Source: Myxococcota bacterium
GTDB taxonomy: Bacteria > Myxococcota_A > Polyangia > Nannocystales > Nannocystaceae
Length of the DNA stretch: 64,000 nt
NCBI GenBank assembly: GCA_039028615.1
Contig: JBCCHT010000010.1
Location: 128,001 to 192,000, forward strand
Direction: 5' to 3'
Positions 1 to 7,802 of the stretch are shown here, in pieces; position 1 is the first letter of the stretch; each line of letters opens with the position of its first letter. The notes under the pieces are model-generated. The model was not told the origin of the DNA and made no database searches. It worked only from the letters and a program-made list of their open reading frames with translations. Made by a program: the position numbers and the translations under genes.

Positions 1-148
1 GTTCCCCGCAAGCGACCTCCGCAAGGTTTGCGGGGCCGCAGGCGCTGGAGCGGACAAGGCGCCTCGGCTGTTCTGCGCAGGACCCGCGACTTCGACGTCG
101 GGGAGCCCTTGATGCGCTACGACACGCTAGCCGGGGGTTTGTAGACCC

Positions 149-1291
149 CTAGAGGTCCCGTAGGCGCAGGTATTGGACCAAGCCCGCGTACATCTCGAGG
201 TGATTCCAGTCGTTGCCGATGCCCGGCGAGTCGCCGAACAGATGACCGACCTCGTCGACGTGATCGGCGGGCACGCAGCCGAGGAACTCGCCCCAGCGCG
301 CATCGATTGCGCGCACCAACCCGTCGTTGGGCTCTTGCGACAACACGCCGTCGCTGAGGATGGCTTCGGGGATCAGGAACAGGGGATCGGTAGTGTCCAG
401 ATCGCCCTCGTAGTCCGTGATGAACAGCGGCGGCGGCGGGCTGTCGGGCTCGCACGCCTCGCCGCCCGCATGCAGACCCGTGCGTCCGGTCAGCGAGGTG
501 TAGAGCACTCCCTCCACGTCGGGATAGGCCGCGTTGAACTCGACCATGCCCTCGTGGGACATCTGCACCATCGAATCGTAAAACGAGGTCTCGTTGCCCA
601 GCTCGTCCCACAGCGGCTGACCCACCAGCTGCACGAGCCAGTCCACGATCGCGCCCGCGTTTTCGTTGGGCAAGATCCCCACCGCGATGTCGGCGATCGG
701 GGTGCCGTAGTGCGGCGTGGCGACGGTGGTGATCGACGCGACTCGATCGGGCGCGAGGTGGGCCACGACGCGCGCATCGAGGCCGCCCTGCGAGTGGGCG
801 ATGATGTTGACCTTGGCGCGGCCGGTCTGCTCGATGCAGTCGAGCAGCTCCTGGTGGAGGGCGTCGGCGCGATCGATCGAGTCGTTGAACGGATCGATCT
901 GGCCGAAGCACAGCTCGGTCTCGCCGAGCGCGATCAGGTGACTCTCGACGTCGTACCAGTACTCGACGCCGCCCACTGGCTCGAGCTCGTCGAAGCCGAA
1001 GAAGCCGTGCGCGAACAAGATGGGGTAGGGCGCGCCCAGCAAGTCTTCGCCCGTGCTCTCGCCGCTGCCGTCGGCGGGCAGCCCTGTCGTGCCCGCGTCG
1101 CCGGAACTACCGTTGCCGTCGGCGACCGGTCCCGTGTCGTCCAGCGCAGTCGGAGCGCTCGGGGAGGACGTGGTGTCGTCGCCACCCGTGGTGCCGTTGT
1201 CGATGGGCGGCGGCACATCGGGAAAACCACAGCCCAGCCCCATCACCATGGCCGCCGCCACGGCACTCGACAACAACCCCCGTCCATCCAT
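149..1291 (-). CDS. Lipoprotein triacylglycerol lipase/esterase (alpha/beta hydrolase)
   Basis: GLGC lipobox, T/G/D-rich linker, oxyanion FAHGFFG, nucleophile AHSQGG, NDGLV and ADH catalytic Asp/His motifs. Confidence 0.88.
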   Translation of the reverse strand: MDGRGLLSSAVAAAMVMGLGCGFPDVPPPIDNGTTGGDDTTSSPSAPTALDDTGPVADGNGSSGDAGTTGLPADGSGESTGEDLLGAPYPILFAHGFFGFDELEPVGGVEYWYDVESHLIALGETELCFGQIDPFNDSIDRADALHQELLDCIEQTGRAKVNIIAHSQGGLDARVVAHLAPDRVASITTVATPHYGTPIADIAVGILPNENAGAIVDWLVQLVGQPLWDELGNETSFYDSMVQMSHEGMVEFNAAYPDVEGVLYTSLTGRTGLHAGGEACEPDSPPPPLFITDYEGDLDTTDPLFLIPEAILSDGVLSQEPNDGLVRAIDARWGEFLGCVPADHVDEVGHLFGDSPGIGNDWNHLEMYAGLVQYLRLRDL

Positions 1292-1423
1292 CGCGGGGAG
1301 TTTCGAGCCCGGGCCCGCGCAGCGTCAAGCGAAGTGGGCTCGGAGCCCACCCCGCAGGAGGTTCAATATGAAACGCCGGTAGTGGGGCCGCCGCTTCGGC
1401 CGGCCCCGCTCGGTGACGCCCGA

Positions 1424-2077
1424 TCAGTCGACGCCGCCGCTACGACGGGTACGGGTGCGGGTGCGATCGTCGACGACCTTGATGACCTCGAGGTTCACCA
1501 GACGAAGCTTCCCGTTCTTCTTCTTGTTGACGTAGACGTCATTGGGCTCGCCGAGCGACTTCATCTTGCCCAGCTTCATCAGGTGACTCTTGGCCAGGCA
1601 GGTGTGATAGCTCTTGGGTTCGGCGTAGCCCTCGAAGGGGGGCGTCTGCATGAGGCGATAGAGCCCGTCTTCGTTTTGCACGAAGCCGAAGGCACAGTCG
1701 GGCTCGCTGCAGCTGGCGTCGAAGGTGACCCACAAAAGCTGCATCCCGTTGCTCTCGTCGACCTTGAGGATCTTCCCCGAGGTGTTCTTGGTGAGCACGT
1801 TCTTGAGCCGCTGCCGATCCGACTCCTGGCGGATCTGCTTGTCGACCTGGAACTGCTGATCGACCTGGGCCTCGTCGTAGACGGTGACCAATCGATGGCT
1901 GACGTAGACGCGCAGCGAGGGGACCCCGGTATCGGTCTTTCCGACTCGCTCGAGCTCGGCTTGTTTGAGCGCCAGACGCTTCGCACAACCACTGGAGGCA
2001 AGGAGAGCGAAGGCAGCGAGGACAACCGTCCCCGTGCGGCCGAAGGCCTTTGGCAGGGTCGAGACGAGGGACCGCAT
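1424..2077 (-). CDS. Hypothetical basic lipoprotein
   Basis: Signal peptide with ASSGC lipobox, globular Lys-rich sequence, fits gap between neighbours. Confidence 0.75.
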   Translation of the reverse strand: MRSLVSTLPKAFGRTGTVVLAAFALLASSGCAKRLALKQAELERVGKTDTGVPSLRVYVSHRLVTVYDEAQVDQQFQVDKQIRQESDRQRLKNVLTKNTSGKILKVDESNGMQLLWVTFDASCSEPDCAFGFVQNEDGLYRLMQTPPFEGYAEPKSYHTCLAKSHLMKLGKMKSLGEPNDVYVNKKKNGKLRLVNLEVIKVVDDRTRTRTRRSGGVD

Positions 2078-2231
2078 ATCGTTGGTGAGGGTTACTCCAA
2101 GGCCCTGTATCCGTCAAACGGCTTGTCATCCAGGCGCGAAGCCGGGCGCCGGCTAGGGGTCCGGGGAGCGGAAGCTGCGCATTTGTGGAGCAATCCGACC
2201 CCTCCTGGAGTGATACAACGGTCCTCGGTCC

Positions 2232-5200
2232 ATGATTCGGCTTTCGATCGCCGAGGCAGGCAAGCCTCCGCAACTCCTGACGTTCAATGCGTCGTCGATC
2301 ACGGTGGGTCGCGCGGCGACCAACGAGCTTTGCCTGACCGGTACGGGGGTGTCGAGTAAACACTGTCGCATCACCCGGCAGGGCGACGCCTTCTACATCG
2401 AGGACATGGGCTCGACCAACGGGACCTACGTCAATCGACAGAAGGTCCAGGCACCCATGCCGCTGGGGCCGCAAGACGAAGTGGTCATGGCGGTGTACCG
2501 CCTGCGGATCCTGGCCAACAACGAGACCGGTGCACCGCGACCGGTGACGGGCGCCCAGGCGGTGGTGGGACCTCAATCCGGCGTGGCGGCGACGCCGGGC
2601 CGCCGCGGCCACGCTCCCACGGCGCACGTGCCCGCGCCCAATCCAGGGCAGCCGATGCCGGGCCAGCGGAATGCCCCCTCGGGCGGGTATCCGTCGGTGC
2701 CTGGCTCCAGTCCCTCGATGCCGGGGATGCCGGGTCACCCTGGCTCTAGTCCCTCCGGGGCTCCGGTGACCGGTTACCCGGGATCGAGCCCCTCGGGCAT
2801 GGTCCCACAAGCGCCCAACCCCAACATGATGGGGAGCGGGCAGAGCCCGGTGAGCCAAGGGCCCGCGCCGGGGATGATGGGCAGCGGGCAGAACCCGGTG
2901 AGCCAAGGACCCGCGCCGGGGATGATGGGCAGCGGGCAGAACCCCGCCCAAGCTCCAAGCCAAGCAGGTGCCCAAGGCGGGCAAGACCTCGCCGGACCGA
3001 GCGGGCGCTCCCCCGTCGACAGCGACGTGGGCTGGGAGCGCGAGTGGCAGCAGGTCGAGAAGATGAGCCAGGCGTGGCTCGGCTCGGGCAAGAACAGCAG
3101 CGTGCTGCTCACCGGGGCCAAGCTCAAGCACGCGCGTCAGTGGCTGGCGCAGGGCCGGGGCAAGCGTCCCGCCCCGACCTCGCTGCATCGCGAGTTCATC
3201 GTGGCCGGGACCCGGGCCAGTCGCCTGCGCAGCTTCGGGCTGGCCACGGTGGGGCTGACCTTGGTCGCGGCCGTCGGCGTCGGCGGCTGGTGGTACTCGC
3301 AGCAGGCATCGACCGAGGGCGAAGGCGACGACGAAGGCACGACGACGCTGGTCGATGCGGGCGGCGGGAAGGGCCCCACCAATCGCAGCGGAGACCAGGG
3401 CGATCGTGGCCGCTCCGACGAGATCGCGGCCCAGGCCGAGGCGCTGCTCGAGGTCGACCCGCTGGTGGCCGCCCAGCTCGCCACCGAGGCCGTCGCCTCC
3501 CTGCCGCGCAACGAGCCCGCTCTCGATGCGCCCGCGTTCCGGGTGTTTCGCAAGGCCATGCGCAAGATGCCGGGCCGACCGTTGCGGGGCACTCGTCCGA
3601 TCAAGGCGGTCGCGCTGTCGCCCGACGGGCACTGGGCGATCACCAGCGAGGACGATGGCCGCGGCACGATGCGGCTATGGGATCTGTACAAGTCGGGCAT
3701 CCTGTCCCCGGGCTACCTGCGGGGGCATTCGCAGACGGTCTCGATGATGGAAGTCAGCCGCGACGGTCGCTGGCTCATCACCGCCGACTCCGATGGCCTA
3801 ATCCATCGCTGGAACCTGCAAGAGACGGATCCGTCGTCCACCGGGACCCAGCTGTCGGCGCACCGGGCCGCGATCACGGCGCTGTCGCTCAGCGGCAACG
3901 GGCGGTGGTTGGCCTCGGCCGACGACACCGGTCAGGTGCGGGTCTGGGACCTCGAGCCCACCTTGCCCTCCTCCGTGCTGATGACCAAGGGCCCGGAGGT
4001 CAAGGTCACCGACGTCGCCATCAACTTCGACGGCACGCGGGTCATCGCGTCGAGCGAAGACGGGATGGCGCGCAACTGGAAGCTCACCGACGGACGCCCC
4101 GGCCGAGCGCCGATCTTCGTGCGTCACTCCGAGGACGAGGAAAACCCCATCGCGGTGACCTCAGTGGGCGTGGCCAACGACGACTCGCAAGCGCTGACGG
4201 GCGTGTCCGACGGCACCGTGTTCATGTGGGTCCCGACCTCGCGGGCGCCGACTCGGAAGTGGGAGCCGCGGACGGGCCATAAAAAGGCCGTCAACCACAT
4301 GGAGGTCAGCGTCGACAGCTCGCTGGCCGTGAGCGCGGCCGAGGACAACAACCTCATCGTCTGGAACTTGGGCTCGGGCGCCAGCTCGGTGAAGATGTCC
4401 GGGCACACGGGGGAGATTCATCAGCTCGAGCTGTTCTCGATGCCGGCCGATTTCCCGGCGGGTCGTCGCCCGCCCACCACGGCTTTCAGCGCGAGTGCCG
4501 ATGGTACGGCGCGGAGCTGGAACCTCGACAATCGCAACGCGGGCATCGAGTCGCGGACCTTCACCGGGCATGTCGGTGGGGTGAACTCGGTGGCGGTCTC
4601 CGGCGACGGCCAGTGGGTCCTGACCGGCGGTGGCGGTGGCGTGGCGCGGCTATGGGACTGGCAGTCCGTGCCCGCGGGCGAGGAGTCCGACTCCGAGCTC
4701 CCCGAGGTCGGCAGCGCCTCGTTGGTGGCGCGCGGCCACGCCAAGGCGGTGGTCGCCGTCGGCATCGACAACTACGGGCGGCGCATGCTGACCGGCTCGG
4801 CCGACGGCACCGCGCGGGTCTGGGACCTGCGCAATCCCACGCGGGTCCACGCCATGCCGCTCAAGGACAAGCACGAGTCGCGGATCAGCGTGGCGGCGGT
4901 GTCCTCCGATCCGCGCTACGGCGTGACGGGGGACGACTCCGGGCGCCTGGTGCTGTGGCAGATCTCGCAAGACGAGCCGGCCGGGCTCGTGCTCGAAGGC
5001 CACGGCGGCGAGCTCACCGACGTCGAGTTCACGCCCGAGGGCGACCGCATGGTCTCGGTGAGCACCGACAACACGGCGCGGATCTGGACCATCGGCAAGG
5101 ACATCAAGGAGAGCGTCGCGGTCCTCCAGCACGCCGACGAGGTCACCCGCCTGGCGATCAGCGGCGACAGCAAGTGGCTGCTGACCGGGGCGCTGACCAA

Positions 5201-5873
5201 GGCGGTGCTGTGGAAGCTGGACTCGCCGGACAAGCCGGTGCGCACCTTCGACAAGCACGAGAGCGACATTACGGCGGTGGCGATGGGGCCACGAGGCAAG
5301 TGGGCGGCCTCGGGCAGCGCCGATCATCGGGCGGTGCTCTACGACATCAGCAAGTCCCGGCCCACCACCACCACCTTGCGCAACCACTCGGACACCATCT
5401 CGGTGATGGCGTTCCAGCCCACGGGCAAGTGGCTGGCCACGGGCAGCGACGACAAGACGATTCGCCTGTGGGACCTGCAGTCCGAGCATCCCGACGAGGG
5501 CTCGAGGGTCCTGCCCGATCACGAGGGCGGCATCACGGACCTGCTGTGGAGCCCCGACGGCACGTGGCTATTGTCGGCCAGCAACGACGGTGCGATTCGG
5601 CTCTGGGACATGCGCAAGGACATCGGCGAGATGATCGAAGGCGTCATCCTGCTCGACGGGCACTCCACCGTGGTGCGCCAGCTGGCGCTGGTGCCCGGCG
5701 ACAGCGACGAGGGCATTCGGACGGTGGTGTCGGCCAGCTACGACGGCACCGCGCGCGTGTGGCCGCTCGAGCCGACGCCCTTGGTCATGATGGGCTGCGC
5801 CCGCGTCGGCCAGCGGCTGTCCGAAGAAGAGTGGGCCCAGTACATCGGCGGGGACTACGACCCCAGCTGCTGA
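2232..5873 (+). CDS. FHA domain - P/G-rich linker - helical STAND-type tail - TM - WD40 repeat protein
   Basis: FHA motifs GR, SxxH, STNGT; one TM (FGLATVGLTLVAAVGVGGWW); many GH...WD repeats; C-terminal C-x-R-x-G-x-x-L-S-E-E-E-W...C motif. Confidence 0.9.
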   Translation: MIRLSIAEAGKPPQLLTFNASSITVGRAATNELCLTGTGVSSKHCRITRQGDAFYIEDMGSTNGTYVNRQKVQAPMPLGPQDEVVMAVYRLRILANNETGAPRPVTGAQAVVGPQSGVAATPGRRGHAPTAHVPAPNPGQPMPGQRNAPSGGYPSVPGSSPSMPGMPGHPGSSPSGAPVTGYPGSSPSGMVPQAPNPNMMGSGQSPVSQGPAPGMMGSGQNPVSQGPAPGMMGSGQNPAQAPSQAGAQGGQDLAGPSGRSPVDSDVGWEREWQQVEKMSQAWLGSGKNSSVLLTGAKLKHARQWLAQGRGKRPAPTSLHREFIVAGTRASRLRSFGLATVGLTLVAAVGVGGWWYSQQASTEGEGDDEGTTTLVDAGGGKGPTNRSGDQGDRGRSDEIAAQAEALLEVDPLVAAQLATEAVASLPRNEPALDAPAFRVFRKAMRKMPGRPLRGTRPIKAVALSPDGHWAITSEDDGRGTMRLWDLYKSGILSPGYLRGHSQTVSMMEVSRDGRWLITADSDGLIHRWNLQETDPSSTGTQLSAHRAAITALSLSGNGRWLASADDTGQVRVWDLEPTLPSSVLMTKGPEVKVTDVAINFDGTRVIASSEDGMARNWKLTDGRPGRAPIFVRHSEDEENPIAVTSVGVANDDSQALTGVSDGTVFMWVPTSRAPTRKWEPRTGHKKAVNHMEVSVDSSLAVSAAEDNNLIVWNLGSGASSVKMSGHTGEIHQLELFSMPADFPAGRRPPTTAFSASADGTARSWNLDNRNAGIESRTFTGHVGGVNSVAVSGDGQWVLTGGGGGVARLWDWQSVPAGEESDSELPEVGSASLVARGHAKAVVAVGIDNYGRRMLTGSADGTARVWDLRNPTRVHAMPLKDKHESRISVAAVSSDPRYGVTGDDSGRLVLWQISQDEPAGLVLEGHGGELTDVEFTPEGDRMVSVSTDNTARIWTIGKDIKESVAVLQHADEVTRLAISGDSKWLLTGALTKAVLWKLDSPDKPVRTFDKHESDITAVAMGPRGKWAASGSADHRAVLYDISKSRPTTTTLRNHSDTISVMAFQPTGKWLATGSDDKTIRLWDLQSEHPDEGSRVLPDHEGGITDLLWSPDGTWLLSASNDGAIRLWDMRKDIGEMIEGVILLDGHSTVVRQLALVPGDSDEGIRTVVSASYDGTARVWPLEPTPLVMMGCARVGQRLSEEEWAQYIGGDYDPSC
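2826..2945 (+). repeat. 48-nt in-frame tandem repeat (about 2.5 copies) encoding MMGSGQ(S/N)PVSQGPAPG
   Basis: Units start at 2826, 2874, 2922 with near-identical DNA. Confidence 0.9.
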
Positions 5874-5945
5874 GCGGATGCCGGAATTGGCGACGCGACC
5901 CTCGTCGATGGGGGCCGCGTCATCGGCTCGGAGTGGCTCTCGAGC

Positions 5946-7760
5946 CTAGTGCGTGCGAGCGGTGTGCTTGATGCAGCGCTTCTCGTGGGGCCCGCACTTG
6001 AAGCGCACGTGCATGTGGTGAATGTGCGCGGGCGAGTGGGAGAGGATGCCCGCGTTGCTGTGGGGCCCGCGGGGCCACTGGATCGTCTCCTCGAGCTCCT
6101 CGTCGCTGACGCCGAGGAATTTGGCCGCGTTGTACACGTTGGGCTGGATGGTGTGGTCGAGGAAGATGTTCTGCACCGCGCCCGTGTCGATGAGCGCCCG
6201 GACGAGGCCCCAGGTGGCGAACCAATCCGCCTCCTCGGGGTTGGGCCGGCGACCCCATTTCTCGTCGCCGTCCTCGGTCAGGTACTTCTCTTTGAACACG
6301 CCGCGCACGGTGGGGAGCCAAATGTCGATGTCGCGGCCGGTCTGGTGGGACTTGTGCGGGTTGAAGTGCCCGCCCTTCCTCTTGGAGACGTCGGCCAGCA
6401 CCAGGGTGCCGTCGAAGTCCATGTCCTGCCGGAACTTGGCGACCGCGGTCTGCACGTTGGCCACGAGGTAGCCCGAGCCCCACATGATGTAGGCGTAGCG
6501 CCGCTTGTACAGGTCGGGCTGGTCGGGGATCTGGACCGCGTTCTCGAGGCTGCCGCTGTTGGGCGAGCCGATGGCCTGCGCGTTCTTGTCGAGGACGAAC
6601 TCGGGGATCTTCTGCCGCGGGAGCTTGGGCGCGTAGGGCTTGGGGTCGATCCAGATGGTGACGTCCTCGCCCGCCTTGAGCTTGGCGACGCCCGGGTTGT
6701 AGGCCCGTAGCTTCATGGCCGACACGCCGAAGCGCGCGGAGAGCTTCGACCAGGAGCTGTCCTCTTTTTCGAGCTCGTAGTTGATCTTCTGCTGGGCCAA
6801 CGGACGCTTGGTGGGCTTTTTGATCTTGACCTCGTCGCCCGGGTTCAAGTTCGGCTGATCGGGGTTGATCAGGTTCCACTCCGCGATCTTGGCCACGGTG
6901 ACGCCGTAGCGCTGCGCGACGTCGTCGAGGGTCTCCTCGGGCACCATGTGGTGCGTGATTTCCTTTTTGATCTTGGCTCGAGGCTCGCGGGGCTCGGGCT
7001 CGGGCTCCGGTTCCAGCTCGGGCTCGGGCTCGGGCTCGGCCTTGGTCTCGGTCTTCGCCTTGGTCTCCGGCTCGGGCTCGGGCTCGGACTCGGGCCACAG
7101 CACGACGGTCGCCGCGACCAGGCCCCCCAGCACGAGCACGCCCCCGGCGATGGTGCCTACGCGCTTGGCCGCGCGCCGAGTATTGGCGCCCCGGCTCGCC
7201 TCGATGATCTCCCGCTGGAGCGGCGTGATCTGTTGCTGTCGGTCGGCGGGAGTGCCCGCCAGCCAGGCCTCGGCTCGCTCGAGCTCGCGCGGGCGCAGGG
7301 TCAGCTGATCGGTACGACCGGCCGCGGCCCACTGCTCGGCGGCACGCGAGATTCGAGCATGCTCGTCCCGCCACGCTCGATCGCCGCGCTGCATCAGGAT
7401 GCCCGCCCCCTGTCCGACCTCGCGGGTGCTCTCGTCCAGCATCGCGGTCGGGTTGTGCGGGCTGACGCCCGCGGCGGTGTTGACCTGGAGCAGGTACTGC
7501 CCCACGTAGATCCGATCGCGTTCGGTCAGCGGTTGCGACCGCTGCACGGGAGCATTGTTGACGAAGGTCCCGTTGGTCGAGCCGCGATCCTCCAAGACGC
7601 ACTGATGGCCAGTGACCAAGAAGGCGCAGTGGTGGGAGGACACGCCACCGGCTTCGAGCACGATGGTGTTGTCGGGCGCACGGCCCAGGGTCAACTCCAT
7701 CGCGTCGAGCGGGATGGTCTTGACCGTACCGTCGGGAGCGGTGATGCGGAGCGAGAGCAT
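5946..7760 (-). CDS. FHA - helical tail - TM - LysM x2 - MepA-like penicillin-insensitive murein endopeptidase
   Basis: FHA GR/SSHH/STNGT; TM; EP linker; LysM (ETLDDVAQRYGVTVAKIAEWN); LAS Zn motifs SHQTGRDID and HMH. Confidence 0.87.
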   Translation of the reverse strand: MLSLRITAPDGTVKTIPLDAMELTLGRAPDNTIVLEAGGVSSHHCAFLVTGHQCVLEDRGSTNGTFVNNAPVQRSQPLTERDRIYVGQYLLQVNTAAGVSPHNPTAMLDESTREVGQGAGILMQRGDRAWRDEHARISRAAEQWAAAGRTDQLTLRPRELERAEAWLAGTPADRQQQITPLQREIIEASRGANTRRAAKRVGTIAGGVLVLGGLVAATVVLWPESEPEPEPETKAKTETKAEPEPEPELEPEPEPEPREPRAKIKKEITHHMVPEETLDDVAQRYGVTVAKIAEWNLINPDQPNLNPGDEVKIKKPTKRPLAQQKINYELEKEDSSWSKLSARFGVSAMKLRAYNPGVAKLKAGEDVTIWIDPKPYAPKLPRQKIPEFVLDKNAQAIGSPNSGSLENAVQIPDQPDLYKRRYAYIMWGSGYLVANVQTAVAKFRQDMDFDGTLVLADVSKRKGGHFNPHKSHQTGRDIDIWLPTVRGVFKEKYLTEDGDEKWGRRPNPEEADWFATWGLVRALIDTGAVQNIFLDHTIQPNVYNAAKFLGVSDEELEETIQWPRGPHSNAGILSHSPAHIHHMHVRFKCGPHEKRCIKHTARTH

Positions 7761-7802
7761 GAGCGAGGGGGGCGTCGGCGCGAGGTTGCCGACACCAGGC
7801 CC

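Noticed and set aside
4..35. CCCCGCAAGC...GTTTGCGGGG hairpin at the window start
   Set aside because: Context truncated and no U-tract; function cannot be assigned
6985..7095. (GAGCCC)n EP repeats (also near 8130-8185 and 28190-28230)
   Set aside because: Ordinary Pro-Glu linkers common in myxobacterial proteins, not DNA elements
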